DNA of 64,000 bases from a virus. Under the pieces are notes generated by a model. It saw only the letters and a list, made by a program, of their open reading frames with translations. It was not told where the DNA came from and did no database searches. This document shows, piece by piece, positions 49,124 through 58,029 of the stretch. Location: positions 38,341-102,340 of IMG/VR virus record IMGVR_UViG_3300042896_000714. One strand, given 5' to 3'. The position numbers were made by a program, and so were the translations under genes. Numbering within the stretch: position 1 is the first letter of the stretch; each line of letters opens with the position of its first letter.

Positions 49124-49799
49124 CATTTCAGATTGGGGATTCTATAATAAAATAGATCCCGAAGATCTTACGCGATGTAAGACAAATTTATTATATACTC
49201 CCAGAGTCAGTCCAGACGGAAAATTGATGTGCATGGATTGGGATATCACTAGTCCGTATCAAAATGATGGAACTCGGTTGGATTATACAGAAGAATTGCT
49301 ACAATTCTTCTTTGATAAAGAAGTTCAGTTTTTAGAAAAATTTAAATATAAACCGTATGCTCCGGAAATTATTAGCATTGATATGGACCGCAAGCGTATA
49401 TTTTTTAAATGGTATGGCACCACTTGCAATGACATTGTATACTCTAAGGGGGAGTTAGCTGATAGCTCTCTTGATTGGCAAAAACAATTAACAACAATTA
49501 TTGAAGATATATTCATCGAAGGCAGTTATAAACTAAGTTTATATCCACATTGTTTTTACTTTGATGATAATAAAAAATTAAGAACTTTTGATTTTTATGC
49601 GTGTGCAAATAAAGACGATTGCCTAATAGAAATTGATAAAATCAAAGGCATGTTAGGACTCGGCTCAGTGACTAGATTTACAGAAGCAACTAAAAATAAT
49701 ATAATTGATTTTGGCATTTTCTTTAAACGGTCATTAGAACATCATATCAAGTGGCCCACTGAACCGCTGCATCAACTATACACAAAATTATATGAATAA
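49116..49799 (+). CDS. Protein-kinase-like fold protein
   Basis: FDKEVQFL..YAPEII..., L..FDFY (DFG-like); paralogue of 52416..53108. Confidence 0.55.
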   Translation: MIDISDWGFYNKIDPEDLTRCKTNLLYTPRVSPDGKLMCMDWDITSPYQNDGTRLDYTEELLQFFFDKEVQFLEKFKYKPYAPEIISIDMDRKRIFFKWYGTTCNDIVYSKGELADSSLDWQKQLTTIIEDIFIEGSYKLSLYPHCFYFDDNKKLRTFDFYACANKDDCLIEIDKIKGMLGLGSVTRFTEATKNNIIDFGIFFKRSLEHHIKWPTEPLHQLYTKLYE

Positions 49800-50328
49800 C
49801 ATTAATTGGGATGGAATAATTGCAAACTTAACATCACTCGAAGGAGAAACTGTTAGTACTGATGCTTCTCGGTGGAACATGGAAAATCTAGAATATTCAA
49901 AAATACACAATATGTGGAAAGAGGCACAGTTTAATGAAGCTGCAATGAAATGGACTAACTATTATCCTGGCAAACATTTTTCCGAAGATATTGTTAATGC
50001 AGTTGCATCTGAATTAAATTTAGTAGTTTTTAGATCTTGGATTAGCAGAGTTGATCCTGGGTTTTTTGCACCTTGGCACTGGGACGTTGATGATCACGAA
50101 GAAGAATATTTAAAAGTTGCTCCGATTGTTCGATATAGCTGTTTTATCACCCCGCCGCAAATGGGTCATATTTTTATATTAGGAGATGCATATTACTTTA
50201 AACAACCACAGGGCACACTACTGCGGTGGAATACTTATAGAGATTGGCACACTGGGATTAATGCTGGATTAAAGCCAAAATTTATGTTTCATATTGTGGG
50301 CCATCTACGTAATATGCAAAATACCTAA
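49792..50328 (+). CDS. 2OG-Fe(II)/cupin oxygenase-like
   Basis: WISRVDPG..APWHWD...WHTGIN...KFMF. Confidence 0.7.
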   Translation: MNNINWDGIIANLTSLEGETVSTDASRWNMENLEYSKIHNMWKEAQFNEAAMKWTNYYPGKHFSEDIVNAVASELNLVVFRSWISRVDPGFFAPWHWDVDDHEEEYLKVAPIVRYSCFITPPQMGHIFILGDAYYFKQPQGTLLRWNTYRDWHTGINAGLKPKFMFHIVGHLRNMQNT

Positions 50329-50862
50329 ATTATCATTTATTTTTTGAATTGTGTAATCAGTCAATTTTAATTCAAAATTAAATTGGGTTATACGTGGATT
50401 ATTTAACCACCATGCAATTGTGTCAATTACCTCTGAATATAATATAGGCAAGTCTGTGCTTACTGCATCTTCTAGCATGGATAGTTTTAAAAATACAATA
50501 GTAGTTAGTGGATTTCGACTAATCTCCAGACATCGATGTTCAAGTATATGACTGTTATATGCATATGATTTATACTCTTCATTAATTAGATCAAACATAT
50601 CCCCTGCAACGGAGCCCATAGTAATTGTCTTACCCACTAAGTTGTAGGTTTTATTTAACAATGTGAGTTGCGCATTACTGACTGCAGCATTGTTAATAAA
50701 CAAATCTGCCCCTTTAATAATTTCAATTGCATCATCAATGTCAGTTAATAAATTGATACCAGTTGTTCTCGAAATTCCAATAACTTCCCAACCTTGCGAC
50801 TTGAAATAAGTGAATAGTGCTTTACCTAATCCAGTGGTATGCCCAGTTATTACACATTTCAT
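50305..50862 (-). CDS. Short-chain dehydrogenase/reductase-like NAD(P)-binding protein
   Basis: VITGHTTGLG, GISR, DLFINNA, ITMGS; canonical YxxxK is degenerate. Confidence 0.78.
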   Translation of the reverse strand: MKCVITGHTTGLGKALFTYFKSQGWEVIGISRTTGINLLTDIDDAIEIIKGADLFINNAAVSNAQLTLLNKTYNLVGKTITMGSVAGDMFDLINEEYKSYAYNSHILEHRCLEISRNPLTTIVFLKLSMLEDAVSTDLPILYSEVIDTIAWWLNNPRITQFNFELKLTDYTIQKINDNLGILHIT

Positions 50863-50911
50863 ATTTTACCGCCATACTAATAAGTCGTATTTATCGAATA
50901 AATAACTGCAT

Positions 50912-51544
50912 ATGATTAATAAAACTGTTATTAAATTAAATTTTTCGATAGATATCACACTAGTTAAACAATACTATGAAACGCTAATTAAAGACTTCTC
51001 TCATAAACGATGGGTAGTTGGAGAACAATTGCAATATATTAGCGCAGGTCGGGCAGAGTTATCACAACTAACAGATGATGCAGCATTGCGGGATGTCACC
51101 ATGCAATTATCTGGTTGGGGTATTTTGGACTATACTGATAATGACAGCCAAATCATGCCACCATGGGGTATCACTACTGGTGTAGGGTGTATTCGAAAGA
51201 AGAGTGATTTAGAATTTGGAATTGCTGCTGAATTAATTAATAAAATACCAGGAGTTCGCCGTGCTGCGTTGTCAGTTATCCCAATGGGTGCAGAAATCAT
51301 TAAACATTCTGATGAAGACATGGTAATTCATGTTCCGTTATATTCGCCAGTAAACTCTAAATTTATCTTTCACGATCCAGACTACACAGAGTATACATTA
51401 GATGCTGACGGATCAGTATATCTATGCGACACTAGAATCCCACATGAAGTAAAAAATCAAGGACCAGGTGATCGCGTACATTTATTTCTGTTTGTTGATC
51501 CTAATATACTAACCACTGATATTCTTACAAGAACAGTGTTATAA
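50912..51544 (+). CDS. Asp/Asn beta-hydroxylase-like 2OG-Fe(II) oxygenase
   Basis: IIKHSD..IHVPL..DGSVYLCDTRIPHEVKN..RVHL; TAAATA 50899-50904. Confidence 0.78.
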   Translation: MINKTVIKLNFSIDITLVKQYYETLIKDFSHKRWVVGEQLQYISAGRAELSQLTDDAALRDVTMQLSGWGILDYTDNDSQIMPPWGITTGVGCIRKKSDLEFGIAAELINKIPGVRRAALSVIPMGAEIIKHSDEDMVIHVPLYSPVNSKFIFHDPDYTEYTLDADGSVYLCDTRIPHEVKNQGPGDRVHLFLFVDPNILTTDILTRTVL

Positions 51545-51545
51545 A

Positions 51546-52361
51546 TTAGTAAAAATCTAAATGATTTACTCCTAATTTTTTTCTAAATTCTTCAGTAAAT
51601 TTACCGTCAATGCGTAAGCTATAACTCTGCTCCATAATTTTCTCACCACCGTGCCAGTCTTGATCATTAAACCACGCTGCACGCGTATTTAAATAAATCT
51701 TATTTTTGGTATCTGGGTCCCATATGTAAAATGCTTTCTTAGTATTGGGTCGAATGTGAATAAATTCATTACGATGTGCCGTGTACTCGCTGTCGCCTAA
51801 TATACCGTGCACGTCCTCACCTAGATCTCGATGCTCAAAAGCTAAGCCGTCAGCCTCTAAATGAAATATTAGCACCCGTCCAATATATTCAAAAATATTA
51901 TTAGATACGAGCTTCTCAACCCAACTAACTAATTCTGGAAAATGCTCAGCTTCAGAAGTCAGTTTACGGGGAGTTGTTCGATCCGACCAGGACCCTTCAC
52001 CCCAGAGGAAGTAATATACATATGGGTCATAAGCCCCCATTGCGTGCTTAACATATCGTGTAAATTTATTCCGTTGTTTAAAATTTCCGAAGTCTTTATA
52101 TAGCGGCATTCCTTCAACTTTAATAGGATGATCATCTGGTAACTGCAAAAATTCTTCAATTGCCTTGTATACTGGTTTAAAGTTTACCGTATAACTCATA
52201 GCATCAAATTTAAAACCGGGCCGCATCCACGTACCCTCTTTTGCAAACTCGCGTGCCTCAGCAAATCCACGATAAATCTTTGATTGCATTGCATCAAATT
52301 CAACCATATCGAGATATGGCTCAATGTTTATATATGCTTGATTGTTTATACCTTTGATCAT
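51546..52361 (-). CDS. 2OG-Fe(II)/cupin oxygenase-like protein
   Basis: GRVLIF..FEHRD..FIHI..FNDQDWHGG..YSLRIDG; start moved to MIKGINN. Confidence 0.62.
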   Translation of the reverse strand: MIKGINNQAYINIEPYLDMVEFDAMQSKIYRGFAEAREFAKEGTWMRPGFKFDAMSYTVNFKPVYKAIEEFLQLPDDHPIKVEGMPLYKDFGNFKQRNKFTRYVKHAMGAYDPYVYYFLWGEGSWSDRTTPRKLTSEAEHFPELVSWVEKLVSNNIFEYIGRVLIFHLEADGLAFEHRDLGEDVHGILGDSEYTAHRNEFIHIRPNTKKAFYIWDPDTKNKIYLNTRAAWFNDQDWHGGEKIMEQSYSLRIDGKFTEEFRKKLGVNHLDFY

Positions 52362-52415
52362 AAAATTTTGTTTCCTGTTGTGTATATAGATATATATCTG
52401 TATTAAGGATGGATT

Positions 52416-53108
52416 ATGAAATTTCAATACTACTGGAATAATGTTCCGGGACACGGGCAATGCCGAAATAATTTAATTTATACCAGTTTAATATCAGAAG
52501 ATGCTAATACATTCGTGCAATGGTACTTTAATGATATCGGTTATCATAAAGCGCAAAATCAAGTAGTTGATTCAGATAAAATGGACGAGAAATGGCATCG
52601 TGAGATAAAATATCTCACACTAATGCAACGGACCTATCCAGAGTTAGTTCCTGAAATAATTAACATTGACTACATCTCTAAAAAAGTTTATCTTAAAATA
52701 GACGGTCCTGATTTTTGGGAACAATCTGGATGCACGATTGAAAATTATAGTAAAGTATTACCAGACTGGGAAGATCAAATGCTAGCTATTGTAAAAGCAC
52801 ACAAGGATTTGGGATTATTTAAATACAGCATGCATCCTAGTAGCTACTTCATAGTAAATGGTAAATTAAAAAGTATCAATTACTTTTTTACTTATGATAA
52901 AAATGACATACCAATAAGTATATCAGATGTTGAAAGTCATATATACACAACCCGGCAATCAGAAATGCGCAAGCATATTAACAAATTGGGTGTTGAATGG
53001 GATACTCCGCAATCGTTTGAAGTGCTAGAACAACTATGCTGGGCAAGCTTTAGTACAAACTATCCAGCCAGTTTTATAAAAAAAGTAACTGCAATGATCG
53101 GTTCATAA
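52416..53108 (+). CDS. Protein-kinase-like fold protein
   Basis: NLIYT, REIKYL..ELVPEIINID, W..Q...I, KYSMHP shared with 49116..49799. Confidence 0.55.
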   Translation: MKFQYYWNNVPGHGQCRNNLIYTSLISEDANTFVQWYFNDIGYHKAQNQVVDSDKMDEKWHREIKYLTLMQRTYPELVPEIINIDYISKKVYLKIDGPDFWEQSGCTIENYSKVLPDWEDQMLAIVKAHKDLGLFKYSMHPSSYFIVNGKLKSINYFFTYDKNDIPISISDVESHIYTTRQSEMRKHINKLGVEWDTPQSFEVLEQLCWASFSTNYPASFIKKVTAMIGS

Positions 53109-53109
53109 T

Positions 53110-53673
53110 ATGTATAAAATAATACCATGGTCGCCTGATATTGATTTACGTGAATTTTATAAAACGGCAACAACGAGGGGGTTTATTAATAACGCAAGTC
53201 AAAAAATGCTAGTTGATAGTATTTCAAATGAAAAGGAATGGCGCGTTTGGATTCTTTATTATAATACTATTGCCGTAGGAAGTGTTGCAGCGCATACCTT
53301 TCCAGAAATGGGAGATAACGCATACCGAATTGCGGCCCGGACCTGTGTATTTACTGATCAGTTACCTGGCTGCTACGGTAGTGCACTAAGGACAATAAGT
53401 GTTATTACTAAACATCAAAACCCCACAGCGCAGTTTTTAATTCCAGTTTGCATAAATTGGGCACCGATTGGTTCAAAATTGTATATTACATCCAACGAGA
53501 GTGCAATTGGCACTCAACGATTGGTTCATAAAATATTTGGGCCAGCGTTGGAAAAGAAAGGCATAATGAAACGTATTAATAATATGGTTTATAGAGGAAC
53601 ATCCCAAACAGTCTGGGAGGTTTTTCCTGATGCATTCTTTAACGATTTAGCAAAATATCCCACGTGGAGTTAA
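53110..53673 (+). CDS. Putative GNAT-like acyltransferase
   Basis: WILYY...VGSVAAH...YRIAARTCV and LYITSN pattern resembling the GNAT fold; weak. Confidence 0.45.
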   Translation: MYKIIPWSPDIDLREFYKTATTRGFINNASQKMLVDSISNEKEWRVWILYYNTIAVGSVAAHTFPEMGDNAYRIAARTCVFTDQLPGCYGSALRTISVITKHQNPTAQFLIPVCINWAPIGSKLYITSNESAIGTQRLVHKIFGPALEKKGIMKRINNMVYRGTSQTVWEVFPDAFFNDLAKYPTWS

Positions 53674-54719
53674 CCTAATGTTGCCCATGCTGTTCCATTC
53701 CATCCTTGAAAGGTGCTTGATGTAGTTTCAAATATAATTTGACCTGGACTTGCACTCAATGGTCGAGTGTCAGGTAATGTTGTGTATGCCCCTACTTGAA
53801 TAATTGGAGCTGCCAAAATACCGTTGCTATCAAAACTCATAACATTATGAGCGGACCCAGTTGCATTCATTGTCAGAAAGTTCAATCGACCAGGTACTTG
53901 ATTATTAATTACATTCCCATCAGCTGCTCCCCTTATTCCTATTGATGGGTTAAATGATGTACCATTGTAAGTTTGAAATACGATACCACCTAATACATCA
54001 TTATTAATAATGGGTGTAGGTGCTGCTAATGATGTGTTTGCTGTAAATAAATCAATAAATGCGGAGTTTGGCCCGGATATATTGCTTAGTTCCAATGCAG
54101 GGCCCGTTTGATTTGAAACAGTAATAGTACTATCTAATTGACTTGCCCCTGCTGTAATATTTCCTAAGATACTTATAGAACCAGTTCCTGTGATACTATG
54201 AAGATTTAAATCTAAGTTACCACCAAGTATAGGAGTTGGATCATTACCTACAGTTGCTAAGTTAGCCATTATGCGATTGGACCAAGAAGTGCCATCGTAT
54301 GCCAACACTTGATCGATAACTGGGTTTGCAATGGCTACATCCGACAGTCCATCTAATGCTAGTATTACTGTAGTATTAGACCAAGAAGTACCGTCGTATG
54401 CCAACACTTGATCGATAACTGGGTTTGCAATGGCTACATCCGACAGTCCATCTAATGCTAGTATTACTGTAGTATTAGACCAAGAAGTACCGTCGTATGC
54501 CAACACTTGTCCGTTAAGCTGAGTCGTCAATGTGACATCAGTCAATTCATTAAGTGTCGTGGCGCCAGTGATCCCTGATCCCGTAGTTGTGTTGCCACCG
54601 GCAGTGGTGCCGTCACCTGTAAATAACTGTTTAAGTTGTGTGTCGTAAATTAACTCGCCAATTTTTGGAACAATTAATAATCGTTCAGCAGTATTTCCCC
54701 TGCGTAGTTGCAATGCCAT
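53670..54719 (-). CDS. Tail-fibre-like protein with Mtd-type N-terminal domain
   Basis: LQLRRG...GELIYDT...L..GDGTTAGG; QVLAYDGTSW repeats; exact TATAAATA at 54753-54760 and AGGAG RBS. Confidence 0.8.
   Translation of the reverse strand: MALQLRRGNTAERLLIVPKIGELIYDTQLKQLFTGDGTTAGGNTTTGSGITGATTLNELTDVTLTTQLNGQVLAYDGTSWSNTTVILALDGLSDVAIANPVIDQVLAYDGTSWSNTTVILALDGLSDVAIANPVIDQVLAYDGTSWSNRIMANLATVGNDPTPILGGNLDLNLHSITGTGSISILGNITAGASQLDSTITVSNQTGPALELSNISGPNSAFIDLFTANTSLAAPTPIINNDVLGGIVFQTYNGTSFNPSIGIRGAADGNVINNQVPGRLNFLTMNATGSAHNVMSFDSNGILAAPIIQVGAYTTLPDTRPLSASPGQIIFETTSSTFQGWNGTAWATLG
54280..54509. repeat. 99-bp tandem repeat (~2.3 copies) inside the fibre gene
   Basis: Units start at 54280, 54379 and 54478; encode ILALDGLSDVAIANPVIDQVLAYDGTSWSNTTV; nearly identical DNA. 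Confidence 0.95.
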
Positions 54720-54807
54720 ATATAACTCCTGGTATGTTTACCGTCTTTGTTATATTTATACTTTTGACAAAGTAATTACGATTGATCGATAGCATCGTTA
54801 CGAAATT

Positions 54808-54987
54808 TTACCTATTGTCTTGTTGCCACTTAGCAAATTCCCTTAATCGGTCAATTTCAGTTGCAGCTTCCTCAAGCAAATCCGCAATACGATCCGCTGC
54901 ACCTTCCAGTACACTTTTTCGAGATGGGATCTGCCTTCGTATTTCTGCACGTTTTCGCAAACGGTACACTAGATCTTGTTCGTTCAT
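54808..54987 (-). CDS. Small hypothetical protein
   Basis: MNEQDLVYRLRKRAEIRRQI...ADLLEEAA; ATGA overlap with the upstream gene. Confidence 0.65.
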   Translation of the reverse strand: MNEQDLVYRLRKRAEIRRQIPSRKSVLEGAADRIADLLEEAATEIDRLREFAKWQQDNR

Positions 54988-55286
54988 GCACATAACCTCA
55001 AAGTTTTCATCATCATTGGCCACTCAGCGCGTGGCGCAAATACAATTGCAACCTCATCGTTATCGAGGCGACTTTCAGTAATGACTTTACTGTACTCCAC
55101 TTTCTTCAGTTCAGCAAATTCTTCATCAGACACCATACAGGTTACTTTTTTGAAAGAAGTATCTACCCAAACTTGAGTGTCTCGTCTATGACTGAATTCT
55201 AGATAACCAATCAACCCGGCATGTGCTGCAATGTTAAGTGCATGTCCAGTTGGTACCCATTCTTTAATTGCAATGTACATTTTCAT
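54984..55286 (-). CDS. Peptidyl-tRNA hydrolase Pth2-like protein
   Basis: KMYIAI..G.A...AAHA..W....FKKVTC..TE....VAIVF.PR pattern. Confidence 0.65.
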   Translation of the reverse strand: MKMYIAIKEWVPTGHALNIAAHAGLIGYLEFSHRRDTQVWVDTSFKKVTCMVSDEEFAELKKVEYSKVITESRLDNDEVAIVFAPRAEWPMMMKTLRLCA

Positions 55287-55289
55287 ATG

Positions 55290-55631
55290 TTATACTGCTA
55301 ATTTTGTAATCTTAAACTCAGTACCATCAACAAAATAGTACGTCTTGTCATGTCGATTATATTCGACAGTTAACGTCCCAATATAATGAATGCCATCAAC
55401 AATAAACTCTTGTGAATATGCGGGCAGTCCGCGATTGTGGCTGCCTTCACAGTCATTGTATGCTTCTGATTCAAGTCTGTCTTCTATTGTTGATTCTGCT
55501 TCTGCCATGCTACTAAAGATGTTATTTTTTGGTAAACATATAAAGTCCTGCAGTGCTTGGGTTGCAAACGCAAGATTATGTTCAGCAACTTGAATAGCTA
55601 GCTTTAGGGATTCTTCTTTATTTGGTTTCAT
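55290..55631 (-). CDS. Hypothetical protein
   Basis: 113-aa ORF in operon. Confidence 0.65.
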   Translation of the reverse strand: MKPNKEESLKLAIQVAEHNLAFATQALQDFICLPKNNIFSSMAEAESTIEDRLESEAYNDCEGSHNRGLPAYSQEFIVDGIHYIGTLTVEYNRHDKTYYFVDGTEFKITKLAV

Positions 55632-55646
55632 AATATTTTACTTTCA

Positions 55647-56552
55647 TTAGTGTGATTCTAAATAGTTACGCATGTATTCTAACCGAGCTTGCTCGTCTAA
55701 TGCATTGAACTGATCTTTAATGCTGTTCAAGTGATCTACCATTGGGTAGAATTCTTCATCCAACCATTCCTTGTTCAACGACATAATGTCCTTTTTACGG
55801 GCAAGCGCCTTTTGAATTAAATAATACTTAGTTTTGATTTTAGCAGATTGGCCGTCTTCAGTATAAAAAACGAATCCCTCGTGTTTTGCAGTCTTCGACT
55901 TAGTCATTAACTCACCCACAGTTAGGACTTCATAATCTACACTGTAGCACTTTAACGTATCAAGTGCGTAAGACTTTAAGAACTTTGCAAGATAGTCACC
56001 AAATGCATGAATTTTGCTATCCCACTCGTTATCTCGATGTCCCAGTAAATACATACCAGCATCCTCTGGACAGATATGTGGATCAATTGGATGCACACAT
56101 TCAAACATCAATGTAGCTCCTCGAGCACCACTAATTGCCATTTGCCAATCTTCCCAGCAAGCATGTTTTAGCATCATCTCCTTAGCGTACCCAACAAAAT
56201 CTGAATCCAGAGATCCAGTAGTAGACACTAGGATATCATTGTTATGCCAAGTCAATGCAGCCATAAATCCGTTTACCTTGCGATAAGCAGTAACTACAGT
56301 AGCATCATCTAATACTGGACTTTTATCTTCAACTCGAAAGTTGTAGATTTTTGTGAATGGACGAGAGATTACGTTGAAATCAGCATCGATCACAGTGCCA
56401 CGGCACTCTTCAAGAAAATCATTCCATAGTCCTTTAAAGAATACGGTACGTGAATACTTAAGAACAAATAATCCTGGATAGTTAGTAGATTCCTTCATAG
56501 TCACTAACTTTGGATTTTCTTGTACAAACTTTTTCAAATCATCTTTATTCAT
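55647..56552 (-). CDS. RNA ligase (T4 Rnl1-like)
   Basis: ECRG, RPFTKIYN, KVNG adenylation motif, STTGS, FECV, HEGFV, KIKT. Confidence 0.85.
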   Translation of the reverse strand: MNKDDLKKFVQENPKLVTMKESTNYPGLFVLKYSRTVFFKGLWNDFLEECRGTVIDADFNVISRPFTKIYNFRVEDKSPVLDDATVVTAYRKVNGFMAALTWHNNDILVSTTGSLDSDFVGYAKEMMLKHACWEDWQMAISGARGATLMFECVHPIDPHICPEDAGMYLLGHRDNEWDSKIHAFGDYLAKFLKSYALDTLKCYSVDYEVLTVGELMTKSKTAKHEGFVFYTEDGQSAKIKTKYYLIQKALARKKDIMSLNKEWLDEEFYPMVDHLNSIKDQFNALDEQARLEYMRNYLESH

Positions 56553-56594
56553 ATATGTCTTTCTGTGTATGCCTATATTATAGCACGTATGCCA

Positions 56595-56933
56595 CTAAGA
56601 CCAATTAACTATCAATGAATAAGTTGCCAGTAAGCATGTCATGTGTATTGCTTGGTCTAATCCAATCACAACAAAGAACCAATGTCGTTCATTTTTCTTC
56701 CATAGATAGCTAGTTGCACGTGACGTTGCCCAATCAGTGATAAAATGCAGTATCGCATTTACAACTGCAAATTTCCAACCAAAAATTAAGAATGGAAAGC
56801 CATATAGTAATACATGCCATATTAAAATCTTGTTGGATGTACTTTTGCCTTTTGCAACCCAATCTGTTTGGAAAATAAAGTCTGCAACAAAATGCATCCA
56901 AATTATGGCTAATAGCATCCAAATATTAAACAT
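56595..56933 (-). CDS. DUF3307-like membrane protein
   Basis: HFVADFIFQ, HFITD, GLDQAIH. Confidence 0.8.
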   Translation of the reverse strand: MFNIWMLLAIIWMHFVADFIFQTDWVAKGKSTSNKILIWHVLLYGFPFLIFGWKFAVVNAILHFITDWATSRATSYLWKKNERHWFFVVIGLDQAIHMTCLLATYSLIVNWS

Positions 56934-57438
56934 TATTTTTACCGATATATTCGCGAGCATATCCCATTAATACTGGATCGCCTTTGGTTAGCATTTCAAG
57001 CAGCAGTCGTTTTTCTTCCAAGTAAATCTTGGCAAATGCTGGATCATGTTCCATAATACTGCGTGTATTGCTTATAAGATCTGCCAACTTAACCGTTTGT
57101 GCAGCAGCAGGGGCGTTGGCGCTGTGCTCACGATCAATGGCTTTTCTAACTGCTCGATTTCCCATTTCGGACGTACTTGGATCAGTTAACCAGCCAACAA
57201 GCTCTCCAACTTCTTTTCCGAATTCTTTGTAGATTGTTATTAACGATACTTGCGTATCTTCAACAACATCGTGCAAGTATGCTGCAGCCTCCATTTCTGG
57301 AGTATGCGGAACACCACGTACAATTGAAGCAACTTCGATTGGATGCACAATATAAGGTTCAAATGTGTACTTTCGTTTTTGTCCTACTGCGGCATGTGCA
57401 GCGGTAGCAAACACTTTAGCTTTTTCTACTATATCCAT
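56926..57438 (-). CDS. HD-domain (p)ppGpp hydrolase-like (small alarmone hydrolase/Mesh1)
   Basis: AH..QKRK..EPYIVHP, LHDVVEDT, VKLADLISN. Confidence 0.88.
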   Translation of the reverse strand: MDIVEKAKVFATAAHAAVGQKRKYTFEPYIVHPIEVASIVRGVPHTPEMEAAAYLHDVVEDTQVSLITIYKEFGKEVGELVGWLTDPSTSEMGNRAVRKAIDREHSANAPAAAQTVKLADLISNTRSIMEHDPAFAKIYLEEKRLLLEMLTKGDPVLMGYAREYIGKNNV

Positions 57439-57446
57439 TATATCTC

Positions 57447-57992
57447 CTAGTGATGGCCTTGCATAGGCTTTTTCAGTAAAGTACGGACAATATCATCCAT
57501 ATTGGTTACGATATTGCCAGTGGCATCCATTCCTACATCCATTGAACGGCAGGGCATAGGACCGCCATTGCCGTGCTGGTGGCCGAAAAGGTGCAGTGCG
57601 CCTCTATGACACTGATTCCACTCTAATACAGGATAATGAAAGAGACATATTTTATTGGAATCATGCGTTATTTCATGATATATATGTACTTCTTCAAATT
57701 CAGCCCGGAATGCAGCATCTTGCAAATTCTTATGATCGTGATTGCCCTCAATCAAAATCTTTCGACCATTACAGCGTCGCATAAATTGTGTGGCTTTTTG
57801 TGCATTACAGAAAGCAACATCACCGAGAATGTAAACAAGGTCATTTTCGGCTACGCTTGCATTCCATCCTTGTACAATCATGTTATCCATATGATCCACG
57901 TCGGTATATTGACGAGTATTTGGATTAAATTTCATGATATTTTTGTGGCCAAAATGTAAATCGGCAGTCACCCAAGTATTAAATGTTTTCAT
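57447..57992 (-). CDS. Calcineurin-like phosphoesterase
   Basis: ADLHFGH, LGDV, GNHD, HYP, GHQH, DVGMD; leaderless from TTGACG-17-TATAAT (57998-58026). Confidence 0.9.
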   Translation of the reverse strand: MKTFNTWVTADLHFGHKNIMKFNPNTRQYTDVDHMDNMIVQGWNASVAENDLVYILGDVAFCNAQKATQFMRRCNGRKILIEGNHDHKNLQDAAFRAEFEEVHIYHEITHDSNKICLFHYPVLEWNQCHRGALHLFGHQHGNGGPMPCRSMDVGMDATGNIVTNMDDIVRTLLKKPMQGHH

Positions 57993-58029
57993 AGTGTATT
58001 ATAGTGCAATGTTAATAGAACGTCAAGTG

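Noticed and set aside
54280-54509. Possible CRISPR array or DGR template/variable repeat
   Set aside because: Contiguous in-frame 99-bp units with no spacers, no adenine-specific divergence and no reverse transcriptase or cas gene in the window
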